A stretch of DNA of 64,000 bases from a virus. Within the stretch, counting starts at the first letter, position 1, and each line of letters begins with the position of its first letter. The position numbers and the translations under genes are program-made. Positions 29,100 to 38,991 of this stretch are shown piece after piece. The stretch covers positions 32,001 through 96,000 of the IMG/VR virus record IMGVR_UViG_3300009285_002342, one strand, 5' to 3'. The notes beneath the pieces are model-generated. The model had not been told where the DNA came from, made no database searches, and was given only the letters and a program-made list of their open reading frames with translations.

Positions 29100-30079
29100 A
29101 ATGGATAGTTACTTTCTATTTCGGCAATTTCGTCATCGGCAAGTTCTATTTTTACGGATTTAAGATTGTCTTTTAGATGCTCTAAATTATTTGTAGCTGG
29201 AATTGGAAGGACACCTTTCTTGCTTAAAAGCCAAGATAATGCAATTTGTGGCGATTTGCCTCCCTTTGATTTTGCTATTTTGTCTAAAATTGGTTTGTGT
29301 AATTTCTTATATGATTGCCCCAAAGGGCTATAGGCAATAACCAATATCCCCCTTTCTTGACAATACGGCAATAAAAATTCTTCTATACGCCTATCAATAA
29401 GCGAATAACTGACTTGAACGGAACGTATAACGTCACCAGAAAAATCAGAAAGAAATCTTTGCATTGATTCAATCATATCTACCGAACAATTACTAAGACC
29501 TATAGAAAGAATCTTGCCCTTTTTACGCAATCCAACTAAAGTTTTACCTAAAACCTCGTCCGAATACTTATCGTTAGGAAAGTGAATTTGCAAATGGCTA
29601 ACCCTTCCTAACTTTTCTAAAGATCTTGAAACGGTAGAAGTAAGTGCAGAAGATGACATATGATCCCTTCGAACTTTTGTAGCTACGGGAATTGAAATGT
29701 TTTTTAGTGCTTTCCCCAATTCTGTTTCTACCTTACCGTATCCGTATCCTTCTGCGGTATCTATCAATACAGCGCCGAAATTTACCGCTTCTTCTATAAG
29801 ACTATAATCATATTTCCAACCATATGTCCCGAAACCAATACCGCATTTACATTCGATTTCCATTGGTTTAAAAGAAATATCCTGGTGGTCTAAAAGTTTT
29901 TCTAAACGCCTAACCGAATATTGAAGTAATTCTTTTCTTTTAATCAAAAGCGCAGAAGATAAAGACATATAGCGTAGATTAAGTCCCCACATCGATCCGT
30001 GCAAAACATCTGAAGCCCCTGCGCTTAATTTCTTATCAAAAGAAAAGTTTTTTATTTCGTCAAGTATTTTTAACCACAC
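29096..30079 (-). CDS. aldo/keto reductase with N-terminal extension
   Basis: GFGT, IDTAEGYG, ATK, QIHFP, IGLSN, IAYSPLG, QIALSW, PIP. Confidence 0.9.
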   Translation of the reverse strand: MWLKILDEIKNFSFDKKLSAGASDVLHGSMWGLNLRYMSLSSALLIKRKELLQYSVRRLEKLLDHQDISFKPMEIECKCGIGFGTYGWKYDYSLIEEAVNFGAVLIDTAEGYGYGKVETELGKALKNISIPVATKVRRDHMSSSALTSTVSRSLEKLGRVSHLQIHFPNDKYSDEVLGKTLVGLRKKGKILSIGLSNCSVDMIESMQRFLSDFSGDVIRSVQVSYSLIDRRIEEFLLPYCQERGILVIAYSPLGQSYKKLHKPILDKIAKSKGGKSPQIALSWLLSKKGVLPIPATNNLEHLKDNLKSVKIELADDEIAEIESNYPL

Positions 30080-30789
30080 AATCCAAAACCTTTCAATTTT
30101 GCTTTCTTTGGTTTGAATTCTTCATGCCCCCTAGAAACAAACAAATCGGAAGGTTGAATATGCGTAATCTTTCCTTTTTCATTTCCATACAAAACCATAG
30201 CGGCATTCATAAAAGCGGAAACAGCTATGAGATTTTTCCCAACAATCGGTTTTGTTTCCTTAGCCAACAATTCGTAGTATTCCTCTTCGGTTTTAACGCC
30301 ATAATGACGGAGATTCCCGAACTTAAAACCAAAACAAGTGCTATCGGCTATTATAACCCATTTTGCTGTTTTCGCTACTCTTGACAATACTTCGCTATGT
30401 CCAGGCAACTTACGCAAAGTAAAGGCGTCAAAATCCAAAATTAGAATGTCCGATTCCGGCGGCGTCCAAGAATAAACATCGTTATTCAATACAGTGTGGT
30501 TTGGAAAATTACTTTTCAAAAAACCACAACAATTTTCGTCCTTATCGTTAATAATCAATTCACAATCAGTCCATCTTGTTAACGAAACAGCGCACCAAAA
30601 ACCAGATCTAGCTATAGCGTCTACGATTTTTGGTTTCTTTCCACAATTTATTACAGACAAAACTGCATCAAGCGTTCTACAAGTTTCCGCTACATCACGG
30701 TACGGAACAACTTGGCTAGGTGTCCTTATCTTTCTTTCTGTCCCTGATTCGGGAATGTCAAGTTTTATTTTTCCTACGGAATAAATCAT
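30070..30789 (-). CDS. SAM-dependent methyltransferase-like Rossmann protein
   Basis: IVDAIARSG (motif I-like), INDKD, NDV, ILILDF. Confidence 0.5.
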   Translation of the reverse strand: MIYSVGKIKLDIPESGTERKIRTPSQVVPYRDVAETCRTLDAVLSVINCGKKPKIVDAIARSGFWCAVSLTRWTDCELIINDKDENCCGFLKSNFPNHTVLNNDVYSWTPPESDILILDFDAFTLRKLPGHSEVLSRVAKTAKWVIIADSTCFGFKFGNLRHYGVKTEEEYYELLAKETKPIVGKNLIAVSAFMNAAMVLYGNEKGKITHIQPSDLFVSRGHEEFKPKKAKLKGFGLCG

Positions 30790-31856
30790 AGCCCACTATC
30801 CTTCATTGTGTAATGATTTTTTGATTTACCGCACATAATCAATTCTGCGTTTTTTAAATCTTCTTTTGTCCCAATTCCTTCCCAGGTAGTTTCTAAAATA
30901 GTTTTTCTATCTAAACCTTCTTGCAGCAATTTTCTCCAATTGTGAGTGTTAAATTTGAAAGCATTTTTTATGTCTATTCCGCAACAAGTGTTAAGATTAG
31001 ATACCCAATTTTTCGGAAGGTTGACAAAATCCGGACATCCAAGATTTATATTTTCCTTGTCTGCAATTTCGCACAATTCCTTCTGAACAGGTTTCCATTT
31101 TTTATCCTGATTAGCGTCCCATATTTTTTCAATATCTAAACCTATATCCAAAAGACGTTTTGCAGTATAAGGATTCAAATGTAAATTGTAGATATTGTAA
31201 GACATAAAACCATAAGACTTGATAAGTTTAAGAATATCTTTAAATTGCGAAACAGTATGATACCCAGGAATAAAAGGTTCCCCCCTTATTCCAACATTTA
31301 ACCCCAATCTCAACCATTCTTTTCCTATCATTAAACGATCTTTAATCGGAGAGGTTCTTTTCCTTTCGAATATTTCCCAATCAGATTCACAGCCAGCAGT
31401 TATTTCGATTAAAAAACAGAAGCAATCTTTTTTTGTCTTAACAAATAAACCCGTATCCCTTAAAGCATTAGAAATGTATCTTGAACAAATTACGAAAGGC
31501 CAAGATAAATCTATCAGAACCTTAACGCTGTTTCTAGTTACTTTGTGCTGATTTTCTATCGATTGATAAGGATCAGCTTTCCTTCCTAAAAATATTGCCT
31601 TTTTCTTTTTTAACGCAATAGCTAAGGGAGATTTTGGATCTTTTGATCTTTGAGAATCTGTTAATTTTTTACAGATTTGTTCTGGATTTGCTATCCGTTG
31701 TTCTTCGCCCCAAATCTTGTTAAGGTTTCTGCCTAAGCAGTGAAAACAATCTGCTTCACAAGCCCAATAAGATTCAAGAGTCAACGGAAGTGGACAATTT
31801 AGATGGGTTTTTCTAATACAGAAAGGATTTTTATATTCTTTCAAGTTATTCACCAA
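30786..31856 (-). CDS. radical SAM enzyme, SPL-like (second)
   Basis: CPLP, CEADCFHC, ADPYQ, RGEPFIPG, TCCG. Confidence 0.85.
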   Translation of the reverse strand: MVNNLKEYKNPFCIRKTHLNCPLPLTLESYWACEADCFHCLGRNLNKIWGEEQRIANPEQICKKLTDSQRSKDPKSPLAIALKKKKAIFLGRKADPYQSIENQHKVTRNSVKVLIDLSWPFVICSRYISNALRDTGLFVKTKKDCFCFLIEITAGCESDWEIFERKRTSPIKDRLMIGKEWLRLGLNVGIRGEPFIPGYHTVSQFKDILKLIKSYGFMSYNIYNLHLNPYTAKRLLDIGLDIEKIWDANQDKKWKPVQKELCEIADKENINLGCPDFVNLPKNWVSNLNTCCGIDIKNAFKFNTHNWRKLLQEGLDRKTILETTWEGIGTKEDLKNAELIMCGKSKNHYTMKDSGL

Positions 31857-31861
31857 GAATT

Positions 31862-31897
31862 AATTAGGGACTCGGTGAATTTTCCGAGTCCCTAATT
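31862..31897 (-). terminator. 14-bp hairpin (terminator/attenuator)
   Basis: AATTAGGGACTCGG...CCGAGTCCCTAATT immediately after the 31912 stop; weak U-tract. Confidence 0.6.
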
Positions 31898-31911
31898 TCA
31901 GAAGGGATTTG

Positions 31912-32586
31912 TTAGACAGGGGCTACAGTCTTGGGATCAATCTTGGATACCTTACCGAATCCTATTGCACAAGGCATCATTACATCGACAAGATGTTTCG
32001 ACTGTTTAAGGTTATCCTTACCGCCGCCAGAAACATAATCGTTATTGGCGAGTTCGGCCAAATCATCAATGGAAATTTGACACTTGAGATTATTGACGAC
32101 ATCAATGAACGATTCGGTTCTTGTCTTCTTGGAAGACGTTGCCTTCGGTGCTTTCGGTTCCTTCGGCGGCTTAGGCGGTTTTTCAGCCTTTGCCAGTTTT
32201 TCTACCTTTTCGGTTTTCGCGGGTCTACCACGTTTTCCCTTTTGAACAGGCGGATCTTTCGGAAGCTTCTCTCTGGCCAAAAGGATTGCTGTCTTTGCAT
32301 CGTCCAGTCCCAACTCCCCGAGCAGCTCAACGGTTTCGTCGCTCAGATTCGCATCCCCCGGCGTCTTCTCCGGATCGATTAGTTCCGCTGCTTCCGTAAC
32401 CAAAGCGGTCAACTTCTCGATCAGCGCATCTTCGCCTTCCGCCTCTGCCTTCGCGATTGCTTCCTTTCGCGCCTTTCCCTTTACCCCGTCCTCTACCAAA
32501 CACCCGTAGGTAATGTCGATAGGCGGTTTAAGAACAAGAATCCGATTCATGTCCTCTGCGGCGTTTTGCAATACTTTAAGTTCCAT
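31912..32586 (-). CDS. Lys/Pro/Ala-rich nucleoid-like protein with AT-hook
   Basis: KRGRP, PKPPKEPKAPK; own promoter and hairpin. Confidence 0.6.
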   Translation of the reverse strand: MELKVLQNAAEDMNRILVLKPPIDITYGCLVEDGVKGKARKEAIAKAEAEGEDALIEKLTALVTEAAELIDPEKTPGDANLSDETVELLGELGLDDAKTAILLAREKLPKDPPVQKGKRGRPAKTEKVEKLAKAEKPPKPPKEPKAPKATSSKKTRTESFIDVVNNLKCQISIDDLAELANNDYVSGGGKDNLKQSKHLVDVMMPCAIGFGKVSKIDPKTVAPV

Positions 32587-32648
32587 ACCGTTTCCTCCTT
32601 TTTCCGTTAAAGTTTTTTATCGGTAAAAAATTTACCCTATCCAATGAT

Positions 32649-32677
32649 ATTATAACGAAAAAATTAAATATTTTAAA
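32649..32677 (-). promoter_or_regulatory. promoter, class II (TTTAAA-N17-TATAAT)
   Basis: Exact spacing; repeated architecture. Confidence 0.75.
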
Positions 32678-32734
32678 GGCGCACGGCGATTTTTTTATAA
32701 AAAAATTAAATAAAAAATTCCGGGAGGTTACGCC

Positions 32735-33540
32735 TTATTTTCCCCAATGCTTGCTTTCAACCCCCCCAATAATATCAAATCCTTCCTTCGTATTATAAAC
32801 TCCCTTCGCATCATACCAATTTTGCAAAAATTCTTCAAACGTATTTTCTATCGCCCTACCTTTTAATTTCCCGTTCCAAAGTTCTAACATTGCTCTTTCA
32901 AACGCTCTGTAAATTCCGGGCCATCTATCCATATGTTTTTTAATAACTTTGGGTCTTCCACATATAAACGGACAAACAACACAACCAACTCTATCGAAAC
33001 CCTGATCGTAAAGTTCGCAATAAGGTAAATTATATTTTTCAATATATTCCCAAATTGCCCATTCTCCCCAATTAAAAATTGGTTTATATAGAGTCTGTTT
33101 TTTAAAATACCGGTCTATTCTTGGTCTATTCGCTCTTTTGGCAGATTCTTCTTTTCTAATACCCATCAATCTTCTCTCAAGAGAAACCTCTTTAGTTGGT
33201 TTTTTCTTTAACTCGTCACAACACCACCTTGAAAACTTTGTAGGAAATCCTCTTATCGGAATCAATTCATAAAATGATTTTTCAGGTTTTTCCATATTAC
33301 ATCGGAATGATTCCTTTTTATAAACTTTACAACTTCCGGCGGATCTATTCCGGTAACGGAATAATAAGTCTGAAATTTTACGCCTGAACGTTTAGTTAAA
33401 TCTTTTAAGACGCAAGAATCCTTTCCACCGGAAAATCCTAAAAAATAACCTTCCAGAGGTTCATTTTTTTGGATAAAGGTTATCGCTTCCTCTTCGTATT
33501 TTTCCAGAAAATCTATAAACCCTTTAGTTGTTTTTCTCAT
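32735..33540 (-). pseudogene. PAPS-reductase-family protein split by a frameshift at an A5 run
   Basis: FSGGKDS PP-loop in 33262..33540; RWCC.ELK, GIRKEES..R, PI.NW, RVGCVVCP in 32735..33295; junction 33287-33291. Confidence 0.85.
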
Positions 33541-35114
33541 TACGCTTCCTTTTTAGCGGTCATTAGGTAACTGTCTAAATATGGCCTTCCGGTACGCAAA
33601 GACTGTAAGATCATAATTTCCGAAGAAGATACGGTTTCGCCGTGTCGCCGTTTAGAAATCGAAGCCCGAATTATTCCGGCGTCTTTTTCCCAAGAAGACT
33701 GATTAAAAGAAGCCCCATCGTCTAATTCGTGAATCTTATCTATCGCTTCCCCCCACGTTCCTCTTCCTACCTGTTTTCCGCTACGCATTGTATTAGATTG
33801 CGAAGCGGAAGCCACTAAGCAGTTTAATTCTTGCGCTACTGCTTTATGTTCCCTCCATATCTTTCCGATAGAAACCCTAGGGTCTTTCGGAATTGCCCAT
33901 TTGAATTTATCCGCATAATCCGTTACGATTAATCCCGGTACTATCCCTTCGTAGTAAACCAGATTCTTTACCGCAGCTACCATATCTTCGGTTGTATATT
34001 TCCCGTTCGGAAATTCGATTAAACAGAACTTACCGGCTTTACGTAGCATCCCGCTTCGATCCAATACCGCTTGTTTCCGTAAGGCTACGTTCGGATCTAA
34101 TAAACCTGGATCTTCGGTTTCCGTCCACCACGCAGTCGGTTCGAATTCATTCCTGCCTTTACAGGCTGTGCAAACTTTATATCCCCTAGGCATATCTTTA
34201 AAAGACGGACGAAGTTTGTCTTTAAGTAACGCTACGCCACATCCATTCGCACACGTCCCGAGTTGATTTTTCTTACAATCCCAAATCGGTATTAAAAGTT
34301 TACCGTGTCTTTCGATAGGCGCGGAAGTAAGGGATTGCCATATTCTTTTTACCATCTTCTTCGTAGACATTTCCATAGAAAAGAATACAACGTTGTGCCC
34401 CGAGAAGACGGCTAACTGCGCCATATACGTTAACCACCAAGTCTTTCCTACTCCGGATTCGGCTTGTACCGCGAAAAGGAAACCCCTTTCTAACGGCCCT
34501 AAAGCATTTCCTAAAGCACCCGGAAGCCTCATAATAATATCCGGATTTTCGTCTTCCGGCGTTAAGGATTCTACAATACAATCAATATCCCGTAAAGGAT
34601 CTACGGAAAGGATTAACGGCTTCGCTGGTTTCTCGTATTCTTTAACGCAGTTTTCCCCTTCGTCCAACTTCCCGGCAATAATCGCTGCGGTAAGTTTATC
34701 GCGAAGGTTCTTTAGACCGGCAGCTCGGAAGTGTTTTTCTGCTTCTGATATTATGTAATCCACATTAAAGGTTTCCGAAAGTTCGTATTCATCCGAAATC
34801 GAAGCTAAAAAATCCTCTAATAATTCCGCGTCTTCTTCGGGAACAGAAGCTTTGTGCGTAAGGTAGATATCTTCAATATGTCTAACCGGCGCTTTATTGA
34901 ACTTTTCGAAATACTCTAAGCACCATTGCGCTATTTTCCGTGCATAGTTAGACTGAAAATATTCCAGTTTACAAAGTGGTTTTACGCCTTTCGCGAATCG
35001 GTCAGAAGTTACTAAGCCGATACAAATCATTCTTTCGATTTTCGCGTCTACTTCGGTCGGCCTGCGCCGGATACCCGTACCGTCCGGACCGGCTAAAATC
35101 ATCGCTCCGCTCAT
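33540..35114 (-). CDS. dnaB: DnaB-like replicative helicase with Cys-rich insertion
   Basis: AESGVGKT, FSMEM, TDYAD, ASQ, KRRHG. Confidence 0.85.
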   Translation of the reverse strand: MSGAMILAGPDGTGIRRRPTEVDAKIERMICIGLVTSDRFAKGVKPLCKLEYFQSNYARKIAQWCLEYFEKFNKAPVRHIEDIYLTHKASVPEEDAELLEDFLASISDEYELSETFNVDYIISEAEKHFRAAGLKNLRDKLTAAIIAGKLDEGENCVKEYEKPAKPLILSVDPLRDIDCIVESLTPEDENPDIIMRLPGALGNALGPLERGFLFAVQAESGVGKTWWLTYMAQLAVFSGHNVVFFSMEMSTKKMVKRIWQSLTSAPIERHGKLLIPIWDCKKNQLGTCANGCGVALLKDKLRPSFKDMPRGYKVCTACKGRNEFEPTAWWTETEDPGLLDPNVALRKQAVLDRSGMLRKAGKFCLIEFPNGKYTTEDMVAAVKNLVYYEGIVPGLIVTDYADKFKWAIPKDPRVSIGKIWREHKAVAQELNCLVASASQSNTMRSGKQVGRGTWGEAIDKIHELDDGASFNQSSWEKDAGIIRASISKRRHGETVSSSEIMILQSLRTGRPYLDSYLMTAKKEA

Positions 35115-35148
35115 ATATGGGAAACTTTCTTTAAAGGTTTCTGCATCC

Positions 35149-35833
35149 TTATCCCCTTTCGAATCTTCGTTTTTTCGGTAGAAGCGAACAACCTTTATCG
35201 CACTCTAAGGAAATCCAAGATTGCGCTACTGACCAAGTATAATTAACCAAAGCACCGCAAAGCGGACATTTATCCTGTCCTTGAATATAGTCCGCAGTAT
35301 TATCTCGGAAATGTTTAAGTTTACGGGAAAGAAAAGTCGGTATAGATTCCGTTTGTACTGCGGACTTTTTGAGTAAGCCGAATCCGGTCATAGTTATTTT
35401 CCTACGAAGAAAATACATTTTTGCGGATAAAGCCCGTCTTCGCTCATCGGAATCATCTTATGAAGAACGGAACCTTTCTTATTCGCTTCTTCATAGTTCC
35501 AAAGCATATGCGCCGTTAGACAGGGGCAACAGAAGTCTTCAAGGTTATGAACACATTTATCACAATATATTTCTTCGTAACGCATACCGATTGTACCATT
35601 AGCAAAATAAGCCATTGTTATTTCTCCTTTTCCCACCATCTATTTCTATTCGGAAGACAACCAGAGTTAATATAAAGAACGGCATCGTATAAAGCGTCCC
35701 GATATCCACCGTTATATCCTTCGCCGGATAAACCACGAGAATATAAATCACCGCCTCTAATAGATTTTGAAATATCTTCTTGTACATTTTCTGCTACTTT
35801 GGAAAGTTTGCAGACGATTTGTTTTTTAGTCAT
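35149..35833 (-). CDS. three small ORFs (35149-~35391, 35394-35639, 35618-35833)
   Basis: Cys-rich small ORFs; operon packing. Confidence 0.5.
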
Positions 35834-37388
35834 CGTATTCCCTTCCTTTTATGCAACCTGGACATCGAAAAGATAAATTTTCAACAAATTCTCTAAAATA
35901 GTTATTATCCATTCCTATCATCCAATACTCTAATTCTTGCGGAATTGTTCTAGGCCCGGTAAAGTTATTACCTGTTGGATCTTTTCCTAAAATCCAAAAA
36001 GCGTACATCCTTAAAACTATTTCGGAGTCTTGAAATGTATTACTGGCGAAGTAACTTTTATAGTTGATATTTTCTTCAAACCAATTCATTATTTCGGAAA
36101 TATTTTTTTGATATGCTTTCCATTGACCGTTAAGTAAATCTTCGGAAGGCAAAAAACCTTTCTCTATTAAAAATTCTGTAATCTTTGGAAACTTATCGGG
36201 AGTCTTTTCTATTTGAAGTGGTTTAGGTGGATTGTAATAACACATGACAAAAAAACTTGTTTTCCTTAATGGATTGTATAAAAGATCAGAAAGTTTTGTC
36301 GGAAGGTTTTCTTTTTTTACAGGCCAATTACCATGGATATACATTTGTGTTACCGGACCTTCTATTGTTTTAATTATTTCTCTAAAAGTCCATTTCTTTT
36401 CAGAAAATAATTTAAAGTCTATTTTATGTTTATCTAGAAAATCATGGTTCCAATTTCTAACGGAAGGTGAACCAAAAATTCCGTTTTTCATTTCTCTTAA
36501 TATTGTTGCTGTTTTTTTAATTGTATCTGTATTTAATTTTGAATGCTTTCCCGCAGGATGCGGAAGTTTGTTCCATGCATTTAAAACTGCATATTCGCCT
36601 GTACCTATTTTGATCCAATCATTTTGGTTGCTATTTTTTTTATGTATTTTTTTATCTTCTTCTTGAGAAATATTACCTCGAATAAAACTAGGTTTTTTTT
36701 CATCTGGTTTCGCTACGGTTTTTTCCGTAGCGTTACCTTCGTAAGAAGGTTCTTTTTCTTTATGAATTTCTATATCCTTATTCTCTTCCCGTTTCCGAGA
36801 AGGGGGGTTCCCGTTTCCGAGAAGGGGGGTTCCCGTTTCCGAGAAGGGGGTAGCGTCATCTTTTATCTTTTTTAATTTATTGTAAAGTTCTAAATCTATC
36901 CAATCCGGTTTAGTTTTACCTAATCCTAGATCAACATCGGTAATTTTTAATTTATATGTTTTTATAATTTTTATTACTGATTTTTTTAAAAAAATATCTA
37001 GATCTTCATTATTTTCTGGTTCTTTAGAATAATCATGAAAATCCCTAACCATATCTTCGTATAGGACACTATATCCTTTTTTATTCTCAAAAATTCTTCT
37101 TTCTTTAGAACTATCAGTTAAAGTTTTTTCTTGTATTTTAATATATCCGAAACGTTCTAAAGAATTAATCATCTCGGATATTTTGCTCTTACTTCTATTA
37201 ATTAAATTGCCAAGCGTCCTATTAGTTGCCCAACACCCTCTAGTGGTTTTTGAAAGATTTCTAATAATACCAAACAAGTTTTTTTGGACGTGAGAGATGA
37301 AAGGATTGAAGAAAATTTCGCCGGGGATTAATACTGAAGGGATTCCGTATTGTAGTTCTGTTTCTTTGGATTTAGTTTCTTCAGACAT
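35826..37388 (-). CDS. replication initiator / replisome organizer (N-terminal wHTH)
   Basis: GCWATN.TLG.....ISEMINSL...GYI; internal iterons; upstream of the helicase. Confidence 0.8.
   Translation of the reverse strand: MSEETKSKETELQYGIPSVLIPGEIFFNPFISHVQKNLFGIIRNLSKTTRGCWATNRTLGNLINRSKSKISEMINSLERFGYIKIQEKTLTDSSKERRIFENKKGYSVLYEDMVRDFHDYSKEPENNEDLDIFLKKSVIKIIKTYKLKITDVDLGLGKTKPDWIDLELYNKLKKIKDDATPFSETGTPLLGNGNPPSRKREENKDIEIHKEKEPSYEGNATEKTVAKPDEKKPSFIRGNISQEEDKKIHKKNSNQNDWIKIGTGEYAVLNAWNKLPHPAGKHSKLNTDTIKKTATILREMKNGIFGSPSVRNWNHDFLDKHKIDFKLFSEKKWTFREIIKTIEGPVTQMYIHGNWPVKKENLPTKLSDLLYNPLRKTSFFVMCYYNPPKPLQIEKTPDKFPKITEFLIEKGFLPSEDLLNGQWKAYQKNISEIMNWFEENINYKSYFASNTFQDSEIVLRMYAFWILGKDPTGNNFTGPRTIPQELEYWMIGMDNNYFREFVENLSFRCPGCIKGREYDD
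36786..36850. repeat. 3 x 22-bp iterons (probable replication origin)
   Basis: TTCCCGTTTCCGAGAAGGGGGG x3 (last copy one G short) inside the initiator gene. Confidence 0.85.
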
Positions 37389-37550
37389 TTTTCCGTTATC
37401 CTCCGTAATTTTATAATGGAGGCCGGAAAAACTGGTGGAGTGTTTCCGTGCAATCCTTCAACCTCCTGCTATAAGGTCAAAAGTTAGGGGGAGATAGCAG
37501 CTCCCCCTCTAGTTGAAACGCCTTCACGGATGATCAGTCCGCGAAGAAAA
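37389..37550 (-). promoter_or_regulatory. structured 5' leader of the initiator gene
   Basis: Four hairpins, loop-to-downstream complementarity CTGCTAT/ATAGCAG, CCTCC/GGAGG SD-sequestering stem. Confidence 0.55.
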
Positions 37551-37728
37551 AGAAGGGAAATCTTCCGTTTCCGGAATTATCTATAAATACTACGGGAAAA
37601 ATAAAAAGTAAAGAAAAATCTTTTCTAATTACTTCCGATAGTTACCGTTTAGAACGGAATTTAGAAGTATGCAGTCAGAATAAAAAGAATTCCGATAAGT
37701 CCTAATAGGAATACCTTCCATCTTTCCG

Positions 37729-38991
37729 TTATTCCTCCAATATTTGAACGGAAACAATTTTAACTATCGTTTTTCTTTTTTCTATTGTGTCAAGAATTTT
37801 TAATATTCTATCTCCAATAGGGTTGGGATCAAAGTTTTCAACGTTTATCCCGTAAGTTTTTAGAACTCTTTCTATAGTAGAACAAATTCCAGATTTCCCA
37901 GAACCCGCAGAACCGGTAACGGTAATGATTATCTCGTTTTTATTTTTCATTATTCTTTTCCTTTCTAAAGAATTTTCCGCACGTTCCACACTTCGGCGTT
38001 AAAGTCCGATAACCGCTATGTATTGGGCACTTTTCGTTTGGTTCGTCCGCTAAAGCGTAACAAGTACAATAAATCGTTTCTTTGCAAATATGGTTTTTCA
38101 TTATCCTCCCAATGCTTTTTCGCAAAGTTCTACGATTTTATTAGCCGCGACTTTTCGTTCTAATAAATTACCGGAACACCAATCTCGATAATAAGATATC
38201 TGACAAGGAAGTTGATCGTAGCTATTTTGAAGAGAATATACGCAATTTTCCGGCTCTGGTTGTTTAGGCCATACTAAGGGGCAAAATTCTAAACATCGAT
38301 CTTTTCTTGGAAATTCTTCTGTCTTTTGATACAGATATTCACAGCAAGGACAATAACTTAAATAGTTTTCTGATTCTTTTATTAAAGATTTGTAAACACT
38401 ACCTGTTTCCGCCAATTCCGCCCAAATTCTTTTTGTTTCTTCTAACGCCTTTGTTTTTGTAAGTTTCATATTTCCGCCCTTTCTGGATGAATTGAATGTT
38501 CGGTTTCGAAGAAGGAAAAACCCTCCGCTATATCCAAACAGTTACTGCAATATTTACGGCAAATTCCTCTCCCGGTCCATTTAAATTTCAAGTAGTGGAA
38601 TTTGCCGCACCTCGGGCAAAGGCACTTTACCGAACCCTTACCTTTCTTGCTCATTGCCGTTTTCCTTTAAACGATTGATTTCTTTCAGAAGAACTCGTAG
38701 AATATCTTCGAATTCAAGATTTGATCCACAAGGGCATATCATATCTTCGTGAAAACGGTATCCTATCTCTAAAAGAAGCAACGTACAGTCCATGTGAAAC
38801 CATTGACAATCACAAAAATCGCCATTGAAATTTTCTATTAATTCATCGTATTCATTTATGTGAGAATGATTTTTACATAAATTAAGTTCCTGTTCTATTT
38901 CTCTAGGACAAGTTCTAAAACTATTTGAACATTTCCCGTCCAGCCTTTCTACCAGCGTTTCCAGAATTTTTAACCTTAATGAATTTTTCAT
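37729..38991 (-). CDS. cluster of small Cys-rich hypothetical ORFs (37729-37989, 37940-38125, 38101-38469, 38466-38654, 38638-38991)
   Basis: Overlapping minus-strand ORFs. Confidence 0.5.

Noticed and set aside
27690-31856. Both radical SAM genes as ordinary spore photoproduct lyases for UV repair
   Set aside because: Not excluded (an endonuclease V-like gene is present), but two divergent copies translationally coupled to AKR, MTase-like and DUF2156 genes argue for a biosynthetic role
32735-33540. PAPS-reductase-like gene as DndC phosphorothioation or as part of a 7-deazaguanine pathway
   Set aside because: No DndA/B/D/E, Ssp, QueC/D/E, FolE or DpdA recognisable
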